Below are positions 1 to 9,098 of a stretch of 64,000 nt of DNA, one piece after another; position 1 is the first letter of the stretch; every line of letters starts with the position of its first letter. The stretch comes from a virus (taxonomy: Duplodnaviria > Caudoviricetes), in IMG/VR virus record IMGVR_UViG_3300044266_000210, positions 32,001 to 96,000 of that record; one strand, 5' to 3'. The notes beneath the pieces are model-generated. The model was not told the DNA's origin. It did not search any database and saw nothing but the letters and a program-made list of their open reading frames with translations. The translations under genes and the position numbers were made by a program.

Positions 1-37
1 ATTTCGAAGGCTCTTTTGGTGTAATTGAAGTTAAGGT

Positions 38-919
38 TTAAATAGCCATTGGTGCTTTAATAGTATCGTGGCTTTCGTAGTCTTCCAACTCAACATCTTC
101 CATTGTAAATTTATTGATATCTGTTATTGCAGAGTTCAACTTTAATTTTGGCAATGGTAATGGATTTCTTGATAATTGCTCTCGAACCTGATCAAAATGG
201 TTTTGATAAATGTGTGCATCACCGATGGTAATGATTAAATCACCAACTTCTAATCCACATACCTGGGCAATCATATGTGTGAATAAAGCATAAGATGCAA
301 TGTTAAATGGCACTCCAAGAAACATGTCTGCACTTCGTTGATACATCTGACAACTAAGTTTACCATTGTTTACATAGAATTGACTCATCATATGACATGG
401 TGGCAATGCCATTAACTCTAGTTCTCCGGGGTTCCACGCACTAATGATATGTCTGCGACTATAAGGATCTGTTTTGATACCGTTAATTAAATCAGATAAT
501 TGGTCTAAGTTTTGTAATACAACTTTGTTGATTCGGATAAGCGGCTTGCGCCAACGTCGCCACTGCACTCCGTAGACCCTACCAAGGTCGCCTGGGTGTC
601 GTCTAAGTCGTTTATTAGCCCAATAATCTGCACTAGCGTTGGCCGTCCATATAGTTGTCTTGCTAGTGTTACGATCTCCATGTAGTATCTCAGCGAGGCG
701 TCTTTCATCTCCGCTTCCTTCTATAAACCATAACAGTTCGCTAACAACAGCACGCCATGCTAACTTTTTAGTAGTGAGTGCTGGGAATCCTTGTTGTAGA
801 TTAAACCTAAGTTGCATACCAAAGATACCTCTGGTTCCAACTCCGGTTCGGTCTGGACGATCATCGCCTGATTCTAAAATTTCTTTTAAGGCGCCAAGAT
901 AAACGGTATCTGCTGTCAT
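38..919 (-). CDS. thyA: Thymidylate synthase
   Basis: DRTGVGT, ELLWF, MALPPCH (catalytic Cys), QRSADMFLGVPFNIASY. Start moved to MTADTV (ATG at 919, TAATG-coupled to the upstream ORF). Confidence 0.97.
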   Translation of the reverse strand: MTADTVYLGALKEILESGDDRPDRTGVGTRGIFGMQLRFNLQQGFPALTTKKLAWRAVVSELLWFIEGSGDERRLAEILHGDRNTSKTTIWTANASADYWANKRLRRHPGDLGRVYGVQWRRWRKPLIRINKVVLQNLDQLSDLINGIKTDPYSRRHIISAWNPGELELMALPPCHMMSQFYVNNGKLSCQMYQRSADMFLGVPFNIASYALFTHMIAQVCGLEVGDLIITIGDAHIYQNHFDQVREQLSRNPLPLPKLKLNSAITDINKFTMEDVELEDYESHDTIKAPMAI

Positions 920-1092
920 TAAATTTTTGTTATTTGTTTTTCGTTGTAGATGTGTAACGCACCTGCAACTTCTGGTACAGTACACTCTACGACTACTCGA
1001 CGCTCGCCTGCAAGCGTATCAAATACTGCAACTACAACACCGGGCCATTTATAACCCGATGTTTTTTCTACTTTATCACCGATACTGAACAT
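919..1092 (-). CDS. 57-aa SH3-fold DfrB/R67-type (type II) dihydrofolate reductase homolog; missing from ORF track
   Basis: Manual translation: MFSIGDKVEKTSGYKWPGVVVAVFDTLAGERRVVVECTVPEVAGALHIYNEKQITKI. Aligns by eye to the R67 core (FxxGDRVRKKSGxxWxG...T...VE...GSVQIY). One-nucleotide overlaps with both neighbours (TGATG, TAATG). Confidence 0.75.
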   Translation of the reverse strand: MFSIGDKVEKTSGYKWPGVVVAVFDTLAGERRVVVECTVPEVAGALHIYNEKQITKI

Positions 1093-1751
1093 CAGGCTTC
1101 GGCTCCTTCTTTTTTGGCCTTGGCCTTGGGAGGATCGATAGCATCTGCTTGTTTACGTAATGCTTGTGCCTCTTTAAAGAGCTTATCTGCTTTGCTACGA
1201 AGTTGAGTAGGACTTAGTGTTTCTGTTGACTCAACTGGTGCTTCGTAGTTGACAGAACCGGAAGTTGTACGACCTGGGTCGTCTGCAGGAATTACAGGAG
1301 TATCAAAATTTGTATCTAACTCTGCATTAACTTCTTTGCTAGTCTTTACATTATCTTTGATACTACCGTCTCTGACAGCAAGGTCGTCAACACTTACACC
1401 TCGTTGTTCTGCAATTAGCTGATTTAGTTCGCTTAGAACAACAGTTACATTTGGATTCCCAGTAGGAGTCATTAGAACCATACTGGTAGGAACTTTTTTC
1501 AACATTCCACGAGAATGAAGAGCGTTCAACATTGAACTTCCGTCCTGAAATCTGCGAACAGCTAGGACATCTGCCAGTTCATTTGCTTCTTGGCCGCTAG
1601 GGTCTTGGATGACACTCATTAAAGAGTCGTGCCACGAATCTGGTAAACTGCCTGTGCCTATAACCAGAGCACTACCAGAATCACCTGGCAATGTTCTGTA
1701 GGCTACGGCGACTTTAGCACCGTTGTTTTTCATTTTGCCTACATGCTTCAT
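1092..1751 (-). CDS. Hypothetical phage protein
   Basis: 219-aa ORF, GGAAA upstream, coupled to the next gene. Confidence 0.75.
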   Translation of the reverse strand: MKHVGKMKNNGAKVAVAYRTLPGDSGSALVIGTGSLPDSWHDSLMSVIQDPSGQEANELADVLAVRRFQDGSSMLNALHSRGMLKKVPTSMVLMTPTGNPNVTVVLSELNQLIAEQRGVSVDDLAVRDGSIKDNVKTSKEVNAELDTNFDTPVIPADDPGRTTSGSVNYEAPVESTETLSPTQLRSKADKLFKEAQALRKQADAIDPPKAKAKKEGAEA

Positions 1752-1760
1752 ATATTTTCC

Positions 1761-2024
1761 TTATTCGTGTGTTTGTTCTTGCTGATCAGGAACGGGCGGC
1801 GCTGGAGGTGTTACAGCATTAATAAATGCATTTAACCTGTCAAATACTCCGCCTACTCCTGCAACCTCGGCTGCACCAAATGCACCGCGACGAACTGCGG
1901 TATCGATAATAGAACGAATGTTTTGTAGATCAACAATGTTTAATTCTGGTTGTGGAGCCTGTGGAGCTTCAGGTTGTCCGCCAACGTCTTGGCTAACAGT
2001 CTGGGCTTGTTCTTGGTTTTCCAT
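1761..2024 (-). CDS. Hypothetical protein
   Basis: 87 aa, AAGGAAA RBS, in operon. Confidence 0.7.
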   Translation of the reverse strand: MENQEQAQTVSQDVGGQPEAPQAPQPELNIVDLQNIRSIIDTAVRRGAFGAAEVAGVGGVFDRLNAFINAVTPPAPPVPDQQEQTHE

Positions 2025-2038
2025 TTTAAATTTCCTTT

Positions 2039-2317
2039 TTATTTTTTATGTACATAAGGGCAACCCAATGTAAGCATAGTAATTTCTCTAGGATCTTCTA
2101 CGCCAATTTCTATCATTTCCACAGTTTTATTATTACTGTCTAAAGATAAAGTCTTGCGGATTGCATACCTACTATTTAAGTGGTAGTTAATCCATTGGTC
2201 TAAATTCTTGAGATCACAAATACCAATTTTAATTTTGGTAAAATGATTGGGGATAAAGCTCAGACGCCTTACCCCCAAGACACTCAACGGGTTTACTTCG
2301 TTTCTACTTAGACTCAT
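2039..2317 (-). CDS. Hypothetical protein
   Basis: 92 aa, ATGA overlap with the upstream gene. Confidence 0.7.
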   Translation of the reverse strand: MSLSRNEVNPLSVLGVRRLSFIPNHFTKIKIGICDLKNLDQWINYHLNSRYAIRKTLSLDSNNKTVEMIEIGVEDPREITMLTLGCPYVHKK

Positions 2318-3576
2318 TTTCCTAGTTCGTAGTGTGCGGTCTGTCCAAAGGGTGCAATAATTTCTTTGTTGCCATGTATAATAAACAGCGTATCGCAGTA
2401 GTCCTCATCACCCCAGCTACCACAAGGGTATCCATCTGTGAACATAATGAATTTTTTGGGTTGAATGTCGTTATCTTTCATGAATTGGAAGTTAACATCA
2501 AAGTCAGTACCACCACCCCCTTGGCAACGATAATCATTAATATCTTCTGCGGTATCACCTGTGAATTGTTGATAGCCATAGACATCTGTATCGAAAGTCC
2601 ACAGATCAAGTTTAAAGTCTTTATACTCTTCCATAATGCCTTTAACTTCGCTTAAGAAGTCTTTAGCCATTGCATCACTAATAGATCCGCTCATGTCAAT
2701 ACAGACACTGACATCAATGGTTTCTTCATTCATCATACCAGGTAAAACAGCACCGCAGTGTTGGCTCTTACGATTGGGACGAGTAAAACTGAAGTTGCTC
2801 TTAAAGATACTTTGGATGTTCATACGCAACATTTGTCGCCAGTCCATCTTAGGCTCAGTAAACGCTTGAATCATTCTTGCAACACCTGCAGGAACTTTAC
2901 CAGCACCTGCGGATTGTGCGGCCGCAACCATTGCTTCTTTGATCTCGTCACGGATCTGTTTCTTTTCCTCAGCAGTTAGCTTAGGGCGCTTGCTCTTGCC
3001 ATCACCGTCTTGTTCATCACCGTCGCCGTCACCTTCGCCATCACCGTCAAGGTGTTCATCCAACAGCTCGCCTAGCTGACTAATGTCAATCTTAACGGCA
3101 TTCTTTTCAATGTCTTCGTAAATTTGTTCGTAGCTCCAACCGCGATATTTGTTGTCTTGGAAAATTTTAATAAAATGCGGCACTTCACCGATACGCTCGT
3201 CTTTAAGGATTTGATTAGCGGCATAGTCAGCGGCAATGTTTGACAACTGTGGATCTCGGCTTTCACGGCGTCCCATGTGATCAAATACATTATGTAAAAC
3301 TTCGTGTGCAAATCCAAATTCGCATTCTTTTGGATTAAGTGCGTGAACAAAATCGTTGTTATAATAGAAGTGGCGACCATCTGTGGCCAATGTACCAATC
3401 CAGTCTGTAGCGTCGACTAGTTTAAGACGAGTAGCCAAATTACCAAAAAAAGGATGTCGCAGTAGAAGGCCAATACGGGCAGTGATTAGTTTCTCAACAA
3501 TCTTATTTTTTTGATCTTGAGTAAATTCTTGTTTGGTTATTTGTTTTTGTTTAGTTGCTGTAGTTGTCTTGCTCAC
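2314..3576 (-). CDS. Metallopeptidase-like (HExxH) plus VWA domain protein, DUF2201-like partner of the MoxR-type ATPase
   Basis: AHEVLH motif, acidic linker, DMSGS MIDAS, GGGGTDF, FTDGY. GTG start at 3576 behind AGGAG. Confidence 0.85.
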   Translation of the reverse strand: MSKTTTATKQKQITKQEFTQDQKNKIVEKLITARIGLLLRHPFFGNLATRLKLVDATDWIGTLATDGRHFYYNNDFVHALNPKECEFGFAHEVLHNVFDHMGRRESRDPQLSNIAADYAANQILKDERIGEVPHFIKIFQDNKYRGWSYEQIYEDIEKNAVKIDISQLGELLDEHLDGDGEGDGDGDEQDGDGKSKRPKLTAEEKKQIRDEIKEAMVAAAQSAGAGKVPAGVARMIQAFTEPKMDWRQMLRMNIQSIFKSNFSFTRPNRKSQHCGAVLPGMMNEETIDVSVCIDMSGSISDAMAKDFLSEVKGIMEEYKDFKLDLWTFDTDVYGYQQFTGDTAEDINDYRCQGGGGTDFDVNFQFMKDNDIQPKKFIMFTDGYPCGSWGDEDYCDTLFIIHGNKEIIAPFGQTAHYELGK

Positions 3577-3605
3577 AATAAACTCCTGTTTTGTGTATAT
3601 ATACA

Positions 3606-3634
3606 ATTATACACTCAAAATGTAAAAAATGCAA
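3606..3634 (-). promoter_or_regulatory. Sigma70-type (early) promoter
   Basis: TTGCAT-N17-TATAAT on the minus strand. Confidence 0.75.
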
Positions 3635-3636
3635 GT

Positions 3637-3658
3637 AAAAAGGCCCCGAAGGGCCTTT
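3637..3658 (-). terminator. Intrinsic terminator with cUUCGg tetraloop
   Basis: AAAGGCCC-TTCG-GGGCCTTTTT directly after the ATPase stop codon. Confidence 0.85.
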
Positions 3659-3660
3659 GG

Positions 3661-4743
3661 TTAACCTTCCATGGCAGTAATAATGTACTTGCCGTACTTG
3701 TCGTGGAAACGATCGAAGTTATTCAATTTGGAAGCATCAAACGGAAGCTGATAGTTAGTCAACGCAACCTTAGCGCCCATAACAACCAATTCAGTTGGGA
3801 AATTATCCATCATGAAGCCAAAGAAGTTATCGGCCATACCGTCCCAATCTTTGACCTTCTTTTCGTAGGCACTTTGAAGTTCGTAACACATACTAACAGT
3901 CAAAGAGTACATGGCGGAGATTTCCTTGATGTCACATTTCTTAACATCGCCTTTAAGGATAGCCTCGGGTTTGGGCATTTGCTTGGCAACTTTGCGGTGA
4001 GCCATAAACTTAACTGCAAGACCTTCACCAATAGCACCTGCAACCAAATCAGTCAAAGTGTTTTCGGGCAAGTCGTCGTCTTGCAAAAGTTCGCTAACAA
4101 ACGACCAAGAACGCGGTGTAGCGAATGCACGGCTCGAACTCTTCGGATCAAAGTCATAAAGATCTTGTTTAGCAAAGCCAACATAACCAACAACCTGCTC
4201 GTGGACTTTATTATTAGTAGCCCATTGGAGCCAATCTTCGTAATCAGTTTTCAGTTCAATGTGAACAAACCGGTTTGCCAACGGAGCAGGCATACGATAA
4301 GTAACGCCCTTGTCGGTTTCACGGTTACCTGCGGCAACAATTGAAACACCTTTGGGCAGTTTGTAAGTACCTACACGGCGGTTAAGGATAAGCTGATAAG
4401 CGGCTGCTTGAGTAGCAGGAGCCGCAGAGTTAAGTTCGTCTAAGAACAAAATTGCGGTGCTGTCTTCGTCTTGCGGAAGCTCAGAAGGCGGAGCCCAGGT
4501 CATGGACTTAGCATCGGAATTGTAATAAGGAATACCCTTAATGTCGGTAGGTTCCCAAAGGCTTAGTCGAACATCAATAACCTCGCGGCCTTGTTCGTCA
4601 CCAATTTGTTTAACAATATCGGATTTACCGATACCTGGAGGACCCCACATAAAAACCGGGCGCTGAATTTTAACACATTTACGAATGCTTCGTTTAGCTT
4701 CGTTAGGAGTAACAGTACGATTGGTAGAAATTTGCTCTGCCAT
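3661..4743 (-). CDS. MoxR-like AAA+ ATPase
   Basis: Walker A GPPGIGKS, Walker B LFLDE, AAGN sensor, LANRF arginine finger, TPRSW. Confidence 0.9.
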   Translation of the reverse strand: MAEQISTNRTVTPNEAKRSIRKCVKIQRPVFMWGPPGIGKSDIVKQIGDEQGREVIDVRLSLWEPTDIKGIPYYNSDAKSMTWAPPSELPQDEDSTAILFLDELNSAAPATQAAAYQLILNRRVGTYKLPKGVSIVAAGNRETDKGVTYRMPAPLANRFVHIELKTDYEDWLQWATNNKVHEQVVGYVGFAKQDLYDFDPKSSSRAFATPRSWSFVSELLQDDDLPENTLTDLVAGAIGEGLAVKFMAHRKVAKQMPKPEAILKGDVKKCDIKEISAMYSLTVSMCYELQSAYEKKVKDWDGMADNFFGFMMDNFPTELVVMGAKVALTNYQLPFDASKLNNFDRFHDKYGKYIITAMEG

Positions 4744-4803
4744 TTTTTGCTCTTTCAAAGTTAAGATTGAAATACTAAAACCTTGTTGCTTCAGTATGTT
4801 ATT

Positions 4804-4832
4804 ATTATACAGTCAATCTTGTGTCTTGTCAA
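4804..4832 (-). promoter_or_regulatory. Perfect-consensus sigma70 promoter
   Basis: TTGACA-N17-TATAAT. Confidence 0.85.
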
Positions 4833-5220
4833 GTGCTCTGGCTTTTGCTGTAGTAAATTTTTCAATGTTGCCCGAAAACAACACTAATTGTACAGCCATT
4901 TTGTCGCTAAAAACCCAAACTCCTTTGTGGTTTATATGCCACGGACAATCTATATAATTGTCCAACCGGAGTACTAGTTGATTGGTATATTTAAATCCTT
5001 CTCTGGTCTCTTCAAACCGGACAAAATGAGATTTAAAATATTTGGATAAGGTTTCGAACCCTTGTGGTGTAAGACGCATACCACCCGTTTCTTTGTTTCT
5101 AGGGTTTTGCCAAAAAACAGATTGAAGTTTTTTTAGGTGTGGATCGTCAATGGCAAGACCTTCTTGTTCTGCCAAATATTTTGTGATTTCAATCTTTTGG
5201 TTCTTCAAGGAACTTCTCAC
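4813..5220 (-). CDS. Hypothetical protein (start uncertain)
   Basis: ORF in co-oriented gene run. Confidence 0.65.
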   Translation of the reverse strand: MRSSLKNQKIEITKYLAEQEGLAIDDPHLKKLQSVFWQNPRNKETGGMRLTPQGFETLSKYFKSHFVRFEETREGFKYTNQLVLRLDNYIDCPWHINHKGVWVFSDKMAVQLVLFSGNIEKFTTAKARALDKTQD

Positions 5221-5488
5221 CTGTTGTAAGTTTAAAAACAGAGAAGTCCGCTGTATTGAATTGTTTATTCAATTTTTCAGCAAGATTAAATGCATGGCCG
5301 CTATTTGAAAAACTAACTTTTTTGTATTTTGGCCCAACTTGTTGTGCCACGATACTGTTTGTTTTTAAATTAATGGGCTTGTCTTTATAAAAAACAGCCC
5401 AAATGGCATCCGCATCTAAAACTTGTTCTGTCTTATATGTTTTCTTATTTGTTATTTCTAACAAAACGGTTGGCTTTGGTCTGCTCAT
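5189..5488 (-). CDS. Hypothetical basic protein (MSRPKP...)
   Basis: 99 aa, preceded by TAAATA and a GGAG inside a hairpin loop. Confidence 0.75.
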   Translation of the reverse strand: MSRPKPTVLLEITNKKTYKTEQVLDADAIWAVFYKDKPINLKTNSIVAQQVGPKYKKVSFSNSGHAFNLAEKLNKQFNTADFSVFKLTTGEKFLEEPKD

Positions 5489-5525
5489 AATATATACGCT
5501 ACTCCGATAAGTGCGTATATATTTA
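5489..5525 (-). promoter_or_regulatory. Late-type promoter (TAAATA) overlapping an RBS-enclosing hairpin
   Basis: 11-bp inverted repeat at 5489-5499/5513-5523; TAAATA at 5520-5525. Confidence 0.6.
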
Positions 5526-5536
5526 CCAAAATTAGA

Positions 5537-5749
5537 TCAAAAAGTTCCGCCGTTAAACTTAACTACAATGTCTTCTTGTGGAGCAGTACCTGTTGGTTCC
5601 CCGGCTAGTCGTGTCATGACAACACTAAGACTATTCTGTAGGTCAGTTACTTCTTTAATAGATAAAGTTAGATTCTTTTGACCAGTTTTAATAGCAACTC
5701 TGGCCTTATTTAAAAAATCTTCAATCGGAAGTGTATTAAGATCGCTCAT
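5537..5749 (-). CDS. Hypothetical protein
   Basis: 70 aa, overlapping start/stop. Confidence 0.65.
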   Translation of the reverse strand: MSDLNTLPIEDFLNKARVAIKTGQKNLTLSIKEVTDLQNSLSVVMTRLAGEPTGTAPQEDIVVKFNGGTF

Positions 5750-6222
5750 TCCTTACTCACAATACTTAATTTAACTTTCATTTCGTTTTCTGTTTTAAAC
5801 GGGCCGTAATATGGGTATCTTTGTAGGGTTATTAGTTTAGGGCAAAAACTTGTAGCCCACCCCTTTTTTCTATAGATAATATAATAGCCTGCACAGTATT
5901 GACTTTTACTTTTTGGGCTTTTTGCAAATAAAGGTAGTCGTTCTTTTACACTATACACAGGATCATAAGGTTTGTAACTGCAAGGAAAATCGTAGATCAC
6001 ATAATTTTTATCGCCAGCGTCTTGCGTTTTTTTGCGTACACTTTCTTCGAATAGCTCGATGCCAAGTTGTGTTTTTAATTCAGACAGAGTTTTAAACCCT
6101 ACTGCCTTGCCCTTGTGTATAAAATGATAGCCCTTTTTATCTTTTGTAATCGCACCTATTTTTCTTTGATTTTCAGTTACGACCCATTCTTTATTAGGAA
6201 TTAATACCTTTGCTGTATTCAC
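5746..6222 (-). CDS. Hypothetical protein
   Basis: 158 aa, GTG start with GAGG RBS. Confidence 0.7.
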   Translation of the reverse strand: MNTAKVLIPNKEWVVTENQRKIGAITKDKKGYHFIHKGKAVGFKTLSELKTQLGIELFEESVRKKTQDAGDKNYVIYDFPCSYKPYDPVYSVKERLPLFAKSPKSKSQYCAGYYIIYRKKGWATSFCPKLITLQRYPYYGPFKTENEMKVKLSIVSKE

Positions 6223-7211
6223 TGTGTGTACCTCGCATTAAGTGGTTCGGCGTAGCTCTGTACCTGTTCACTGACTTTTTGCAAATCATATTCGGCACAG
6301 AATTTCATTAACCTAATTCCAACCTGTGGAATATTTTTATCTGCTTTCGTAGCAGTTTCGATTGTTTCTTTGATAATGTATTTAATCTCTTCGGGCTGTG
6401 CAGTTAGGTCACATAGCACAACATTTCGATTATAATCATCCAACACACGATGCTCTGTGCCCTCGTGGTCGGTCCAACGCTGAAGCATTAGGTTGTTCCA
6501 TGCCCATCCTTTACTATCTCGGTCGGCATAGGCTTCACGGAGACCAACTTTATTCTTTGTGCCTTTCTCGCGTACTCCCGGATAAGCACTAAAGATGTTG
6601 TCGGAGGTGTCGCCACGCATACACTTCTCAAAGAGTAGCCATTTAGGGTCCGGTGCGCCTTTTGCTTCACCAGTTTTCTTATCAATGACAGGTTTACCTT
6701 TGGCATCAAAATATCCTTCATGTGTCGTTGTAATTTCCATTACGCCATTATATTGTCGAACATTTGGAGCAATGAGCTGTGCGAAGTCGCCGTCTGTTGA
6801 AATGATAACATGGTTGTCATTAGGGTGTGTTTGGATAAACCCAGCAATGAGATCATCTGCTTCTAGTTGTGGATTGTGCAGAACAGTGCAATTAGTTTTA
6901 TTGATAATGAAATCTTTAAACTGATCAAATGTTTCCCAAAACACACGATCTTCTTCGGCCTCGCGAGGGCTCTGCGCGGCCCGAGCGTCGGAGCGGTTCC
7001 TCTTGTAAGGAGCATAATGATCTTTGCGCCAGCTACGACCTTCGAGACAAAATACAATATGGTCTCCGTTAAAGTCTCGCCATGCCTTGCGAATACTACC
7101 AAGTGTTGTATGAATACTCATACCAACCTTGTCTTCTAGACTACCGCGAATAACATGTCGGGCACGGAAAAAGGTGTTTGCAGTATCTACAAGAATATAA
7201 GTTTTAGCCAT
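6219..7211 (-). CDS. 5'-3' exonuclease (T4 RNase H / FEN-like)
   Basis: ILVD, YKRNR, EADDLIA, STDGDFAQL, GDTSDNI motifs. Confidence 0.92.
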   Translation of the reverse strand: MAKTYILVDTANTFFRARHVIRGSLEDKVGMSIHTTLGSIRKAWRDFNGDHIVFCLEGRSWRKDHYAPYKRNRSDARAAQSPREAEEDRVFWETFDQFKDFIINKTNCTVLHNPQLEADDLIAGFIQTHPNDNHVIISTDGDFAQLIAPNVRQYNGVMEITTTHEGYFDAKGKPVIDKKTGEAKGAPDPKWLLFEKCMRGDTSDNIFSAYPGVREKGTKNKVGLREAYADRDSKGWAWNNLMLQRWTDHEGTEHRVLDDYNRNVVLCDLTAQPEEIKYIIKETIETATKADKNIPQVGIRLMKFCAEYDLQKVSEQVQSYAEPLNARYTQ

Positions 7212-7669
7212 TAGCTGACCTCAGTTCTACCATCATCTCTCAAAGCGCGATTTACATAGCCTGCGCCTCTACGGCTCATGTCAACACCTTCGTCGGCGCC
7301 AACATTACGACAAAGTTCGTTAAACCATTGATCCACAATTTCTTCGTCTGTAGCACCAGTATAACCGGCACCTCTTAATTGTACTACAAAATACTCATTC
7401 CAGTCAAGTTCGAAAAAACCATTTCTTACATTTTCTTTGTTTACATGAGTTTCCAAAACAGCTACCCAGGGTTCTTTCTTTTCTGTGGCCAATTCTTTTG
7501 GACTTAGTTTAGCCAATCGTTCTTGTTCTTTAGCTCTTTCGGCTGCTTCCGTTGCGGCAGTAGCAGTTTGTTTGGCTTCTTCTGCAATTTGTAATGCTTT
7601 TTCGGCATCTGCCTTTGCCTGTGCTTCTACCTTATCTATACCTAATATTTTTTTAAATAGATTTTTCAT
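7211..7669 (-). CDS. Hypothetical protein
   Basis: Start at MKNLFKK behind GAGGG; coupled to the exonuclease gene. Confidence 0.7.
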   Translation of the reverse strand: MKNLFKKILGIDKVEAQAKADAEKALQIAEEAKQTATAATEAAERAKEQERLAKLSPKELATEKKEPWVAVLETHVNKENVRNGFFELDWNEYFVVQLRGAGYTGATDEEIVDQWFNELCRNVGADEGVDMSRRGAGYVNRALRDDGRTEVS

Positions 7670-7947
7670 TGTTTCCCTCGTAAATTCCAAAAGATAAACT
7701 CGTTCCGTTCAATCCAGTATTCATCTAGAACAGGATCACCGGGTCCAGAAATCCATCTTTCCCCGTGGTATGCTCTCCTACCCCACAGTCGTTTACCTGT
7801 TAGAAAACATTTTTTTGGAGCCCAACACATTTTAAGAGTCCATCCTGAAGCTCTGCGTAGTCCCCAATCTTCTGAGGGCGGACTTTGTTGCACTTCGTCA
7901 CTCATTCTGCTTAGGCTCATCTTTCTCTTTGACGCAAACCCCGTCAT
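7666..7947 (-). CDS. Hypothetical protein (start uncertain)
   Basis: TAATG coupling with the queE stop codon. Confidence 0.55.
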   Translation of the reverse strand: MTGFASKRKMSLSRMSDEVQQSPPSEDWGLRRASGWTLKMCWAPKKCFLTGKRLWGRRAYHGERWISGPGDPVLDEYWIERNEFIFWNLRGKQ

Positions 7948-8801
7948 TAGGTTCCCCATTCGTTTTTAAACAGTGGCACCTGAAGTCGATCACTGTACCG
8001 CCATCCTTTTCGCATTGCCATTTCTGCCACTGCACGATTATTAAGGGTGTACACCCGCTCAACACCACCAACAGGCATAATATAAACAGGACCCGTAAAG
8101 CCTGCCGCCCTATATTCCTCAACAGCTCGTTCAGCATCTGCAAGATCCTCCTCTGTGCTAATAACAAACTTCAAATAAACATAAGCACCGATATCTTGAT
8201 ATGCTTTAACTACTGCTGGTTTGATAGCATCCTTCCACGGCTCGCCACTACAAGGAAGTTTGGCACTAACGCTGAATGTAATTTCTCTGCTATAATTTTT
8301 CTCGTGATCCCATTGCCAGTCTTTTAGGAATTGAGCGAAGTCTGCAGTCAGTCGCATGGTGCCATTTGTCTCAAATGTAAGTTCACGCAGACTACGCATC
8401 TTAGGATGATTGAGCAGGTCTGGATATTGCTTCTGCCATCCTAGTAATGGTTCGCCTCCTGTGATTACGAGATGTTCGTACCGCCATTCTTTGTAAGGTA
8501 ACGTATCCACAATAGCATCGGCAATCGCATCAGTAGAAAGAAGGGGAGATAGATGCTTAAAGCGAGGATCCCAACTAGCGTAACTATCACAACCTGTACT
8601 AACCAAAGGAAGCGATTTGTACTCGGTGTACTGAGCCGGGTCAATATTGTTTGCTTCATTGCTAAGTTCTCCTCGTGGCATGCCAAACCCTTGGCACTTA
8701 AAGTTACACCCGAAGGTGCGTAAAAAGACAGAAGGAACACCCATATAGCGTCCTTCGCCTTGTACTGAATAAAAAAGTTCTGCGATTTTAATCTTGCTCA
8801 T
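7947..8801 (-). CDS. queE: 7-carboxy-7-deazaguanine synthase (radical SAM)
   Basis: ELFYSVQGEG, VFLRTFGCNFKC...CDS, TGGEPLL, ETNGT, SAK, RLQV. Confidence 0.88.
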   Translation of the reverse strand: MSKIKIAELFYSVQGEGRYMGVPSVFLRTFGCNFKCQGFGMPRGELSNEANNIDPAQYTEYKSLPLVSTGCDSYASWDPRFKHLSPLLSTDAIADAIVDTLPYKEWRYEHLVITGGEPLLGWQKQYPDLLNHPKMRSLRELTFETNGTMRLTADFAQFLKDWQWDHEKNYSREITFSVSAKLPCSGEPWKDAIKPAVVKAYQDIGAYVYLKFVISTEEDLADAERAVEEYRAAGFTGPVYIMPVGGVERVYTLNNRAVAEMAMRKGWRYSDRLQVPLFKNEWGT

Positions 8802-9075
8802 ATATTTTTGACCATTGCTGTAATTTTAATTTTTTGTTTTCTGTTGCAACTTCTATTCCGTCTCTGTCGATAATACCTTGTTCAACTAGAATATCAACCA
8901 TAGCTAACACATCACCTATTTCAATTTCGAGCATTGTGCTATGTTTTACACCTGATTTGTAGTGAATACTATTTAGACCAAATCTTCGGCACTTGCTAAT
9001 TTCTACAATAACTTCGCCGCACTCTTCTTGGAGTATATCAAGGGCTTCTTGAAAACGAGATGGGTTAGGGTTCAT
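8788..9075 (-). CDS. MazG-like NTP pyrophosphohydrolase
   Basis: EECGE...EIGD all-alpha NTP-PPase acidic motif. Confidence 0.75.
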   Translation of the reverse strand: MNPNPSRFQEALDILQEECGEVIVEISKCRRFGLNSIHYKSGVKHSTMLEIEIGDVLAMVDILVEQGIIDRDGIEVATENKKLKLQQWSKIYEQD

Positions 9076-9098
9076 AGATGCTTTCGTACGATAAGTAC

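Noticed and set aside
3511-4344. 277-aa plus-strand ORF and the many other antisense or alternative-frame ORFs in the track
   Set aside because: They lie opposite or within well-supported genes, and I saw no RBS or recognisable motifs; they are expected shadows of codon bias.
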